A DNA stretch of 35,126 bases, from IMG/VR virus record IMGVR_UViG_3300045988_060248; one strand, written 5' to 3'. Below are positions 13,483-22,388 of this stretch, in pieces. Every line of letters begins with the position of its first letter. The stretch's first letter is position 1. The stretch is from a virus. The notes under the pieces are model-generated. The model was not told where the DNA came from and did no database searches. It saw nothing but the letters and a program-made list of their open reading frames with translations. A program made the translations under genes and the position numbers.

Positions 13483-14536
13483 TTCGTTTTCTCCTTTCCT
13501 GCTTTGCTACGAATTTCTTAAGTTTTCCTATGTTTACATACGGTCGTATATTTTCCCTATAACTGCCATATGTATCGGTATGCTGAATATATCCCATGTA
13601 GCTTATCATGCCCTGCGCCCCTTTTATTGTTGTGTGCTTACCTACACGCCGTGCTTTTCGCATGATACGCACATATATTGATTTCCTCAATATAGTTTTT
13701 TCTCTATAAAACTGCCAACCCATAAAGTCAAGTGGTCTGCCTCTTCCTTTGTATTCAAATCTGAACACTTGCCAGTTTTCTTTTATCCTTAAATGCAGCC
13801 TGTCCCGTAAAAATTGCTCTATGTATCTGTGTATCTTGTGCAGTTCCTTTTTATTCCCGCCGAATATTACTATATCGTCCATGTAACGCATATAATACCT
13901 TGCGTGCAACTGTTCTTTTATATAATGATCTAACTCTGTCAGCATAAAATTTGCAAACCATTGGCTTGTATAATTTCCCAGTGGCAAGCCTTTCTCGCAG
14001 CCGTCAATCACTGTATATATCAATTTCAGCGCCTGCCAGTCTTTTATTTTCCTTTTAAGCATTGCTTTTAACACTTCCTTGTCTACGCTCTCGTAAAAAT
14101 GCTTAATATCCATTTTGAATACGTATTTTGTATTCTTTATGTCGCTGCTTAACCATTTCTTTATACGTTTCTGTCCGTAGTGTGCGCCTCTCTTCGGTAT
14201 GCTGCCGCAGCTATACTGATACATAGGCACGCAAAATATAGGCTGTAATATCTGTATGATGCAGTGGTGTATAATCTGGTCGTATACAAAGTGCGGTTTT
14301 CTTATCCGGCGTATTTTGTTATGTGTTCCCTCGTTTACGATACATGGGCTGTCTACGTGTGGCTTGAATGTGCCATTAAGTAAAATCTTTTGTATCTTTT
14401 CTATGTGAAAGTCCATATTATCTAATACGGCTTTTACATCTGTCCTGTTTCTTTTTCTCCTGCTTGCGCTCGTTATTGCTGTCTTTATGTTCTCCTTGCT
14501 GGCTATCTGCCCCATAAGATTTTTATAAGTTTTCAT
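13472..14536 (-). CDS. DGR-type reverse transcriptase
   Basis: RT motifs in order: KIRRIRKP, SCGSIPKRG, KMDIKHFYESV, GLPLGNYTSQWFANFML (the DGR-specific [ILV]GxxxSQ motif), YMRYMDDIVIFG (YxDD) and DFMGWQF. It lies 154 nt downstream of the TR. Confidence 0.9.
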   Translation of the reverse strand: MKTYKNLMGQIASKENIKTAITSASRRKRNRTDVKAVLDNMDFHIEKIQKILLNGTFKPHVDSPCIVNEGTHNKIRRIRKPHFVYDQIIHHCIIQILQPIFCVPMYQYSCGSIPKRGAHYGQKRIKKWLSSDIKNTKYVFKMDIKHFYESVDKEVLKAMLKRKIKDWQALKLIYTVIDGCEKGLPLGNYTSQWFANFMLTELDHYIKEQLHARYYMRYMDDIVIFGGNKKELHKIHRYIEQFLRDRLHLRIKENWQVFRFEYKGRGRPLDFMGWQFYREKTILRKSIYVRIMRKARRVGKHTTIKGAQGMISYMGYIQHTDTYGSYRENIRPYVNIGKLKKFVAKQERRKRNAV

Positions 14537-14690
14537 TTTGACTTATTCTCCTAAAGGGCTTTCGCTATATCCGTGCTACTAACCCTTACCTTTTTCGGTT
14601 GTATTTCCACTCGCTAAATAGTTATCGCTGTTTCAAGCGCCTGTGGTGTAGGATAATAGGGTACTTGGTTATTGTTCCGTCAATTAGATA

Positions 14691-14800
14691 AGTTAAGCCC
14701 AGCCCGTAATTCCAATTCGAGTGAGAAAGCGCATTGTTCAAATTCAAAGCGCAGCCCACATGCAAGCCGTTATTGCCAGAGCCGCCAAAGCGAGCAAAGC
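14691..14800 (-). repeat. DGR template repeat (TR), 110 nt, non-coding
   Basis: Aligns to 14913-15022 at an offset of 222 nt with 96/110 identity. All 14 mismatches are T on the + strand here (A on the sense strand). Confidence 0.9.
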
Positions 14801-14856
14801 AGCCCGTCAACACGTACCCTAAAACCCCTATGATTTATCTCGTTTTACAATCTATT

Positions 14857-14874
14857 CGGGGGAATACTCCCCCG
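14857..14874 (-). other. GC-rich stem-loop downstream of the VR (candidate DGR target-recognition hairpin/cruciform)
   Basis: CGGGGGA-ATAC-TCCCCCG forms a 7-bp stem with a 4-nt loop. It lies 15 nt after the target-gene stop and 39 nt after the VR end. Confidence 0.55.
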
Positions 14875-14888
14875 TTCCCCCTGTGCAG

Positions 14889-16484
14889 CTACGCTGCTAA
14901 AGGTTGCTCGCAAGTCAAGCCCAGCCCGTAATACCAACCCGAGAGAGAAAGCGCAGCGCCCAAAACCAAAGCGCAGCCCACAAGCAAGCCGTCAGTGCCA
15001 GAGCCGCCAAAGCGAGCAAAGCTTTGTTGTGACGTATTCCACCAGCAGCCGTCTGGTATATATGTACTGTCGCTGCCAGATACTGTAGTAGGTAATAATC
15101 CGTATTCGCTCATATTGTGCGCACTCTGATAGCCGCCACTTGTCCCGGCGATACCAAAGCTCATAGCTGTATATCCGCTACCGCTTGTGCTGTATGGTCT
15201 GCACATCTTAACGCCGTACTTACTTGTCGTGTTATATACAAGTCCCTGCATCAGTTTCCAGATATTGCCCCAGAAATTTTCTGTATGAAATACCTTAACT
15301 ACATCATTTGCTGGCTTTCCGTAAAACTGCCCCTTTGTATTTCCCGTTCCAGATTGTTTTAAGTGGCTTGCTTGGCTCATTCCGGTATAATATCCGTACC
15401 CCCACGCCTGCTGCACATTGTCATTAAGTGACATAAGCCGCAGCAAATCCCAGATAAGCGCCACTCTGCTCCATGTGTCACACTCCCATAAGCTGCCGTT
15501 TGCCTGTGCATATGCAAGCTGTGTATTTCCAGCAACTGTATTACATGGTGTCAAGCCGGATAACGAACGTATTTTATTACTTACGTTTGCGCCGTCGTAA
15601 ATGGAACGTGCGAACCATTCCATAATAGTACCGTCCTCTCTCTGGTGCGCATATGCCTTAAAATCGTCTGTAAGCTGTATGTTGCACACTTGGAAATACT
15701 CATACGTGCTATCCTGCCAGCGTTTTACCCAGCATGTAGGGAATAACGCCATGGCATTACCGCCGTACTCTTTATTTGCTACGTCAGATGCACCGCCGCT
15801 TTTCTTTTTGGTGTAGTCGTCTGGGTTAAGCTCATAATCTACCGTGCCGTCGTATTTCATCATAACGGGCTTATTTTCGCTAACAAACCACACATTAGCC
15901 CATTCTTTCAAATCAACTGCGCCAGTGCTTGTGTTAAGCGTTGCTTTTCCCATTCCTACTGCCATATCTGTAGCCTCTAATCTCGTGGCTGGGTTACTGT
16001 CTGCTTTTGTTCTCTTGTATCCGTATAACACGTATGCTTGCGGCGTAAACTTGGTACGGTTTTTCTGTGCGTATGTATCACTTAATACCCTTAAGCCTGC
16101 TGCCCTGTTATAATAATTATCATTCGAGTACGGAAAAGCCGCTATATAGTATTCTGTGCCGTTCGTCAACCTGTCGATAACCAGCGGTGTACTTTCATAT
16201 TTTCCAAATTCGGTATTATCCACAATTAGTGTGCCGTCGTCCTCATTTAGTGGATAACTGCCAGCTTTCAGAACAATTTTGACACCTTTTACACTACATA
16301 CCCGTTGCCCGTCTATATAGGTGTCGTCTGGTTCTTTGAATTTCAACTTAGCACCGCTGTCTACTGGCGTAATACTGAAAAGCTGCATATCCTGTGGCGG
16401 TATGCCTGCCGTTAATTTTTCTGCTGCCTTTTCAACTTTTCCCGCTGTTTCATCAATAATATACTGTGCCTCTGCGTAGCTCAT
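14889..16484 (-). CDS. DGR target protein: tail-fibre / receptor-binding-module protein with C-terminal variable region
   Basis: 531-aa ORF whose start overlaps the upstream tail gene stop (ATGA). The VR encodes residues ..SFARFGGSGTDGLLVGCALVLGAALSLSGWYYGLGLT.., 8 codons from the C-terminus. Position is within the tail-fibre module. Confidence 0.8.
   Translation of the reverse strand: MSYAEAQYIIDETAGKVEKAAEKLTAGIPPQDMQLFSITPVDSGAKLKFKEPDDTYIDGQRVCSVKGVKIVLKAGSYPLNEDDGTLIVDNTEFGKYESTPLVIDRLTNGTEYYIAAFPYSNDNYYNRAAGLRVLSDTYAQKNRTKFTPQAYVLYGYKRTKADSNPATRLEATDMAVGMGKATLNTSTGAVDLKEWANVWFVSENKPVMMKYDGTVDYELNPDDYTKKKSGGASDVANKEYGGNAMALFPTCWVKRWQDSTYEYFQVCNIQLTDDFKAYAHQREDGTIMEWFARSIYDGANVSNKIRSLSGLTPCNTVAGNTQLAYAQANGSLWECDTWSRVALIWDLLRLMSLNDNVQQAWGYGYYTGMSQASHLKQSGTGNTKGQFYGKPANDVVKVFHTENFWGNIWKLMQGLVYNTTSKYGVKMCRPYSTSGSGYTAMSFGIAGTSGGYQSAHNMSEYGLLPTTVSGSDSTYIPDGCWWNTSQQSFARFGGSGTDGLLVGCALVLGAALSLSGWYYGLGLTCEQPLAA
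14913..15022 (-). repeat. DGR variable repeat (VR)
   Basis: Counterpart of the TR. 14 of the 19 TR adenine positions are substituted, and 0 of the 91 other positions. Confidence 0.9.
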
Positions 16485-17449
16485 TTTGTCGTATACTCCT
16501 CTCTTATTATTTTATTTGTGGTTTCTGTGGCTGGTGTGATAGTTGTAGTTTTTACATAAGTTTTTCCGCTTTTTGTTACAATCGTTTCTGTTACTGTTTT
16601 CTTCCCGCTTTCCTTATCTGTGTTGAATGTGGTTGTTACTGTCGCCTCTTCGTTTGCGGCTACTATACTACCGTCGTCTTTAAATTCTGTTGACTGGGTA
16701 ACAAGCCCGTAATACCTGTTAAATACATCTGCTGCCTGCTGCTCTATTTCATTTTGCAGCTTTCCTGCTGCCGTTGCGTCCAGAATGTCCTTTATGCTCT
16801 CCACCCATGCTATAAAATCTGCTTTCTGTTCTGTTTCCCATGCGCTGTAATTGTCCTGCTCTTCCTGTGTCCAGCTTTCCATATCCGCTATGTACTGTGC
16901 CTTAAAATCATTGAAATAGCTTTCAAACTGATTGTACAGCTCTGTTGTGTCTGCCTGCTCGATCACGCCAGAAACAATACCACATAAGCTGTTATTAAGT
17001 CTTGTGTCCGTAATAGCCGCCTGCGTGATGCTAACCACGCCGCCTGCTACCAGTATGTCTGCTATTGCAATTTCGTAAGCGTCTGCGTTTCTCGTCAGCG
17101 TCGGTGCTGTAGGCTTTGCGCTATATGCGCCTTTTATAATAGCTGCATACGTTTTTCTGTTCGTATAGTCGTTTCTTATCACTATCCTGTCTATACGTGA
17201 TAAAGAGCCGTCTGCTGTGTCCAGCGTCAGTGTAAGGTCTGTGCCATTTATGTAGCCTGCTCCCTCGATACAAGCGCCGCCAGCCTTAACTGTTATGCTC
17301 ATGCCGTCGCCCTCATATACCTTTAATGCGTCGGCACTCTTGTAAATTACCCCGTTCCCTATCAGCTGTGCAAAATATGCCCTAAATTCTTCGGCTTTAT
17401 ATTTCCTATCGCCGCCCACGCTGTTATATGGAAAACATTGCTCTGCCAT
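16481..17449 (-). CDS. Tail fibre / baseplate upper (BppU-like) structural protein
   Basis: The N-terminus FPYNSVGGDRKYKAEEFRAYFAQLIGNGV resembles the conserved N-terminus of Gram-positive siphophage BppU/receptor-binding scaffolds. It sits after the Tal-position gene. Confidence 0.55.
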   Translation of the reverse strand: MAEQCFPYNSVGGDRKYKAEEFRAYFAQLIGNGVIYKSADALKVYEGDGMSITVKAGGACIEGAGYINGTDLTLTLDTADGSLSRIDRIVIRNDYTNRKTYAAIIKGAYSAKPTAPTLTRNADAYEIAIADILVAGGVVSITQAAITDTRLNNSLCGIVSGVIEQADTTELYNQFESYFNDFKAQYIADMESWTQEEQDNYSAWETEQKADFIAWVESIKDILDATAAGKLQNEIEQQAADVFNRYYGLVTQSTEFKDDGSIVAANEEATVTTTFNTDKESGKKTVTETIVTKSGKTYVKTTTITPATETTNKIIREEYTTK

Positions 17450-17460
17450 ATCTTATACCT

Positions 17461-18630
17461 CTACTTTCTTACTTTTTTTATTTTTTCTATCAGTGACGGC
17501 AGACTATCTCCAAAAGTAACCTCTATAGTTTCCTGTCCGTTCTGGCTCGTCTGTGTTATCTTTGTTACTCTTGCGTCTATCTTTACTCCCCAGCGCTTTT
17601 CTATGCTGGTTACTACATCCCCTACTGTAAAATCTCTTTTATACTGTAGGTTTTTACTTACGTTTATCGTCGAAACAAAGTTTATAACCTCGCCGTATGT
17701 TTCAAGTTCGCCGTTTGCCTTTGTTACCATAAGCTCTAAGTACTGGCTTTCTGGTATCGGTGTGTCCTCTCCTGCTTCGTTTTGTGCTGTCCTGCTTATG
17801 TCGGTAGCCTCTATAAAAAGCTCGTCCCTGTCAATCCCTGCCGTTTCTGTTTCTTTCCATACTTCTATCTGTGGCTGTTCGCCGCTTTCATCCGCGGCAC
17901 CGATAACATAGGCTGTATTTTTCATACTCTCTATGCTTTCTGTATATTCCTGCTCATTCACGTTATCAAAATCTCGTGAGAATATGCAGGGTGTGTTACC
18001 CTGTTTGTTTGTGGCTGTAAGGTCTTTTCCCTTATAAAGCCAAAAGCCGTACTGCTTTGTCCTTTCGTTTACAAGAATGTCGTAGCCCAGTTTTCCTGCA
18101 AGCGCTCTGTTATATATTTCTGTCTGTGCATCTGCTCCAAACTCTGCACTGTATTCAATACTGCTGCCGCCTAAATCTTCCTGCGGCAGCAAGATAAACC
18201 TTTCAAACTTTCTTTTTTCTGCGCTCGGCGTTATAAAGTTTTTAGTTATAATGCTGTTTATAATGTTCTGGTTTGTGTCTGTTAATACCGTCTGCTCTGT
18301 AAGTATTCTTTTTGCCAGCCATTGCTTTAAGAAGCAGCCTTGTACCTCTATCTGTTCTGTGCCGTTTTCGTCTTTTGTTATGTATCTGTACGTGATCTGC
18401 ATAGCACGCCGCCACTCCCCGGCTGCATTGCTGTACTCTGCACTCTCTCCATGCCGTACAATGATGTTGCCTTTTGTTAGTAAGCTATTATTATTATTTG
18501 TAATCGGTGCGAGTATTTTTACATCCCCGTAGTCGCCCTTATCCCAGTATGACGGTTTCCATATAACACTTATTGTCTCGTCTACAATCCCAAGCGGCTC
18601 TAAGTCTCTGCTAAATATTCTTAATTCCAT
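17461..18630 (-). CDS. Tail-associated (Tal-position) protein, Sipho_Gp37-like
   Basis: Assigned by synteny (TMP-Dit-this gene) and by an N-terminus (MELRIFSRDLEPLGIVDE..SVIWKPSYW) reminiscent of the ReqiPepy6 Gp37-like family. Confidence 0.55.
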   Translation of the reverse strand: MELRIFSRDLEPLGIVDETISVIWKPSYWDKGDYGDVKILAPITNNNNSLLTKGNIIVRHGESAEYSNAAGEWRRAMQITYRYITKDENGTEQIEVQGCFLKQWLAKRILTEQTVLTDTNQNIINSIITKNFITPSAEKRKFERFILLPQEDLGGSSIEYSAEFGADAQTEIYNRALAGKLGYDILVNERTKQYGFWLYKGKDLTATNKQGNTPCIFSRDFDNVNEQEYTESIESMKNTAYVIGAADESGEQPQIEVWKETETAGIDRDELFIEATDISRTAQNEAGEDTPIPESQYLELMVTKANGELETYGEVINFVSTINVSKNLQYKRDFTVGDVVTSIEKRWGVKIDARVTKITQTSQNGQETIEVTFGDSLPSLIEKIKKVRK

Positions 18631-18632
18631 GC

Positions 18633-19517
18633 TTATACCCCCAGATATTTATTTGAGTGATATATTGTTACTTCCAGTGCATCAAGTCCGCTTTCTGCGT
18701 CATATCTAAATACATTGTCGCCTATTTCCAGCTGCATAAATGTACTATCTACATCTATGTAGCGGAAATAATCAGTACTGCTGCTGCCTCGCTGCAATAC
18801 CGCCCCTTTACTGCCGTACTCTGTGTTTACTGTAATGCTGTCGCCTGCCTGCATCTCTGCATTTACCTGTATGTATTCTCCTGTATTTACATTTAGCAGT
18901 ATTGGCTTTGATAATGTACCAGTTGCCCTAAATTCTATCCTCATACCTGTTGCAACGTCGCCATTATTATAAACGTCTACAATTACGTTCGGTTCTCGGT
19001 ATCCGAACTCTATGCCCTCGTCCTCTGGTATCTCTAACTCAAATTCAAATGCTGCAATCCAGCTGGCTATATCCTTTTTATCTTCCTGCTGTTCTCTCCA
19101 AAACGGCGACGGGCAATTAAGCTGTATTGTAAAATCGTTATATATCTTTTTCCTGCTAAATACTGGCGCATTGTCTACCTTGCAATCTATAACACGTACA
19201 AAGTCTTTATATATATATGTCAGCGTAGCACTCAACTCTGGATTAAGTACTTTTTGCGCATATCTGCGCAATTCCAGTACCTTATCTTTGTCACGCCTGT
19301 TTATGCTGCCTTTTATATCAATGTCTCGTGCTTCTATCTTCTCGCCTATATAGGTTTCTCCGTGTTGCCCCATAGAGCTACTGGTATACAGTGTATTTCT
19401 TATATCGCTTATACCTGTCACATCATTTGCGACATTCACAAAAAAAGAGCTGCTTGCAGAAAACTCTATGCTTTCGCCCCTCTCATTTGTGTATATCAGT
19501 CTTTCATATTCTGCCAT
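18633..19517 (-). CDS. Distal tail protein (Dit)
   Basis: 294 aa, immediately downstream of the tape measure. Sipho_tail-like pattern. Confidence 0.65.
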   Translation of the reverse strand: MAEYERLIYTNERGESIEFSASSSFFVNVANDVTGISDIRNTLYTSSSMGQHGETYIGEKIEARDIDIKGSINRRDKDKVLELRRYAQKVLNPELSATLTYIYKDFVRVIDCKVDNAPVFSRKKIYNDFTIQLNCPSPFWREQQEDKKDIASWIAAFEFELEIPEDEGIEFGYREPNVIVDVYNNGDVATGMRIEFRATGTLSKPILLNVNTGEYIQVNAEMQAGDSITVNTEYGSKGAVLQRGSSSTDYFRYIDVDSTFMQLEIGDNVFRYDAESGLDALEVTIYHSNKYLGV

Positions 19518-19518
19518 A

Positions 19519-22185
19519 TCACACCGTCCTTGCTATCAGTCTAAAGTTCTTTTCTGCTTCTCTCTGCTGCTTGGCGTAATTTGTCTCATTGGCATAAATA
19601 TACTGATTAACCACCACGCCACCTGTAGCCATCCCGCCTGTTTCTGTACCCTTACTCTGTACCGCTCCATATACTGCCCTGCTGCCTACGTCAAACTCTC
19701 TCGGTATGCTGTTCTGCATAGTGCGCTTTACGTTCTGCATTTCCTTTTCAAAGCCCACGCCGATACCTTGCGCCAGATATACGCCGACTTCATCACGCAT
19801 AACCTTTGACGGGCTGGCAATACCAAAGAATGACTTAAGACCGTCAAGTACTGCGTCCCCAAAACCTTTTATTTTATCAAGTATCCAGTCTTTCGCATTG
19901 TTTATACCGTTCCAGATACCCTGCACAATATTTGTGCCTATTGTTACCATTTTGTTAGGCAAATCTGCAAAGCCATTTACAATGCTTGTGCATACATTTG
20001 CTATTGCTTCTTTTGCTTTGGTCTGCATCTTAACGCCCCATTCTGCAATCTTTACAACGCAGTTTATAATTGTGTTCCATATCTTTTGTGGCAATTCCTT
20101 AAGCGTTGTTGTTACATTAAGCACAAGCGCTGTTATTGCTTCTCCTGCTCTTGCTTTCATGTTCTCGCCCCATTCAATAAGACTTACCACTGCCTGCGCC
20201 AGCACTGGTGCTATCTGCGCAACAAGATTTCCCAATGCGCTTACAATCGTTACTACCACTTGCCATGCTGACGTTGCTATTTGCGGCAATCCTGTAATAA
20301 GTCCCATTACTATTGCCTCGATAATTTGCGGCATTGCTTCTATCAGTAACGGTATTGCCTCAATCAGTCCGTTAATCAGCGCTACCATTATTTCCCCAGA
20401 TGCTGCTATAATAAGTGGCAGCCCCTCTACTAACCCGTTAATCAGAGCCGTTATTATTTCCGGCAGACGTTCTATAATTACTGGTATTGCATCTATAAGC
20501 CCCTGTGCAAGCCCCGTAATAAGCTGTACTGCTGCCTCTATCAGTAAAGGTATGTTTTCTATGAGTGTCTGCGCAATCGTAAGTACAGCGTCTATTATGC
20601 TTGGTATCAATTCCGGCAACGCCTGCCCTATTCCCTCTGCAAGCCCTACCACTATTTCTATTGCCGCTTCTGTAATCTGTGGTAAAAGCTGTAATATTAT
20701 GTCTATAATCTGCGGTGCTAAACCAGATAATATGCTTAACATTTCCGGCAACATACTAACAAGTGTTGTAAGCAAAGCTCTTACGCCATCCATTAGAGGC
20801 GGCAATAGTTCATTCATGAGTTGCGGTATATATGCCGCTAATTCTGTTACCAGCTCTCCCAGCCCGCTTACAACTCTTGGTATTGTCTCTATTATTCTTG
20901 GTATTAGATTATCTACTACTGTCAAAACCGCATCTACTAAATTTCCTGTCAGTGCTGAAAAGTCAGCCTCACTATCTGCCATTCCCGTAAGCCAGTTTTC
21001 CCACGCTGATTTTGCCGTAGCTATCGAACCCTGTATAGTTGTACTCGCTTCTTTTGCTGTTGTTCCAGTGATACCTAAATTTTCCTGTACGGCGTGTATT
21101 GCTGTTACCACGTCTGCAAAATTAGAAACATCCAGCGAACCAATTTCTAAACCCTCTAGCTTTTCTGCGTCGCTAAGCAATCGCTGCATTTCTTCCTTTG
21201 TGCCGCCATATCCTAATTTAAGATTATCCAGCATGGTATAATTTTGTTTTGAAAATCCCATGTAAGCATTTTGTATGCTTTCCATGCTTGTACCCATTTT
21301 ATTAGCATTGTCTGCCATGTCAGTAATCGCCATATCTGCATAATTGCCAGACTGCCACGCATATTCTCCCAGTGAAGAGTTTAACGCTGCTGCAAATCCT
21401 GTTACAGTTTCCATGTACTCATTTGCAGAAAGCCCAGCCGTTTTATATGCGTTATTTGCATTGTCTAATACTGTCTGTTGCCTGTTCTGATAGTCGTTGA
21501 ATGTCTGCGCTGCCATTTCCATAGACATTCCTACGCCCTCTGCGTATTCTTCTACGCTGCCATATGACGAACCGAAAAGAGTTTCCACGCCACCTACAAG
21601 CTGCTCATAGTCTGCGTATCCCTCTATTGCCTTGGTTGTAAGCGTTCCTACTGCTGCCGCCGCTGCTGTTGCTGCTGCCGCCATTGCCGTTGCCATTACT
21701 CCCCCGATTTTTTTTACAGTATCGCCTAGCCCGCTAAATTTGCTTTCTGCTTTTTCTGCCTCTGTGCCGCTTTTCTTTACATCTTCGCCCATATCGTCAG
21801 CGGCTTTCCCTGCATCTTCTAAAGCCTTTTCTGTGTTCTTAAGCTCCTGCTCGTTTTTTACAAGCGCTGCTTTTTGGTAGTTTAATGTTGTCTCTAATTT
21901 TTTACTTTCTTCGCTGTTTTCTCCTGTTGCCTGTCTGCATCTGTCTAATGCCTTTTGTGTTTCGTCCACTTTTTTCTTTTGCTCGTCGTAGCTTTTCTTT
22001 AGTACGTCCTGCTTTGCCCGTAGTGCTTCTACACTACTTGCATTGTCCTTGTATTCTGCCGTTACAAGTTTCATTTCAGAATTTAGCACCTTAAGGGTGC
22101 TGTTAATTTCTCTGCACGCTGCTTTATACTCTGCCTCACCGTCAAAGCTAAGCCGTGTTTTAATATTTTCTGTTTTATCTGCCAT
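19519..22185 (-). CDS. Tape measure protein
   Basis: 888 aa with an N-terminal coiled coil and a long run of ~11-residue IPxLIxA-type repeats. It lies downstream of the chaperone pair. Confidence 0.85.
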   Translation of the reverse strand: MADKTENIKTRLSFDGEAEYKAACREINSTLKVLNSEMKLVTAEYKDNASSVEALRAKQDVLKKSYDEQKKKVDETQKALDRCRQATGENSEESKKLETTLNYQKAALVKNEQELKNTEKALEDAGKAADDMGEDVKKSGTEAEKAESKFSGLGDTVKKIGGVMATAMAAAATAAAAAVGTLTTKAIEGYADYEQLVGGVETLFGSSYGSVEEYAEGVGMSMEMAAQTFNDYQNRQQTVLDNANNAYKTAGLSANEYMETVTGFAAALNSSLGEYAWQSGNYADMAITDMADNANKMGTSMESIQNAYMGFSKQNYTMLDNLKLGYGGTKEEMQRLLSDAEKLEGLEIGSLDVSNFADVVTAIHAVQENLGITGTTAKEASTTIQGSIATAKSAWENWLTGMADSEADFSALTGNLVDAVLTVVDNLIPRIIETIPRVVSGLGELVTELAAYIPQLMNELLPPLMDGVRALLTTLVSMLPEMLSILSGLAPQIIDIILQLLPQITEAAIEIVVGLAEGIGQALPELIPSIIDAVLTIAQTLIENIPLLIEAAVQLITGLAQGLIDAIPVIIERLPEIITALINGLVEGLPLIIAASGEIMVALINGLIEAIPLLIEAMPQIIEAIVMGLITGLPQIATSAWQVVVTIVSALGNLVAQIAPVLAQAVVSLIEWGENMKARAGEAITALVLNVTTTLKELPQKIWNTIINCVVKIAEWGVKMQTKAKEAIANVCTSIVNGFADLPNKMVTIGTNIVQGIWNGINNAKDWILDKIKGFGDAVLDGLKSFFGIASPSKVMRDEVGVYLAQGIGVGFEKEMQNVKRTMQNSIPREFDVGSRAVYGAVQSKGTETGGMATGGVVVNQYIYANETNYAKQQREAEKNFRLIARTV

Positions 22186-22188
22186 AAA

Positions 22189-22383
22189 TTAAAAGCCCCC
22201 TAGTGCTATGTCTATATCGTCCATGTTTTCATTTCCGGCATTTGCTGGCTTTTCATAGCCAAATATCTGTGGATTATATTCTTTGTGATACTTAAATAGT
22301 GTCAGTATCTGGTATGGTGTTTTTCTCCATGCCTGCTGCTCTGTGTACCGCAGCATTACTGTTGCTATATAGAAAAGCCGCAC
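22189..22383 (-). CDS. Tail assembly chaperone, gpT-like distal segment (possibly expressed by -1 frameshift from the upstream gene)
   Basis: Its frame is the -1 frame of the upstream ORF and stays open for about 50 nt upstream of that gene's stop. The only in-frame start is GTG at 22383. Confidence 0.45.
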   Translation of the reverse strand: MRLFYIATVMLRYTEQQAWRKTPYQILTLFKYHKEYNPQIFGYEKPANAGNENMDDIDIALGGF

Positions 22384-22388
22384 AGTGT

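Larger units (their letters stand above)
13472..16484 (-). mobile_element. Diversity-generating retroelement cassette (target gene with VR - TR - RT)
   Basis: Co-oriented target CDS, a TR/VR pair differing only at adenines, and a DGR-type RT (see the individual features). Confidence 0.9.

Noticed and set aside
14622-14813. 63-aa minus-strand ORF (MLTGCFARFGGSGNNGLHVGCALNLNNALSHSNWNYGLGLTY...) that looks like a small paralog of the tail-fibre C-terminus
   Set aside because: It is the DGR template repeat read as protein. It is Asn-rich because the TR keeps the AAY codons. It has no RBS, and its similarity stops exactly at the TR boundaries.
19706-21241. 511-aa plus-strand ORF, plus other long plus-strand ORFs (for example 11486-12187, 13124-13681, 32770-33447, 33953-34447)
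   Set aside because: They lie antisense to genes with clear family signatures (tape measure, endolysin, RT, ParB-like). Their products are low-complexity Ser/Cys/Phe/Leu-rich. They lack RBSs and arise from the purine-rich sense strand suppressing stop codons in the mirror frames.
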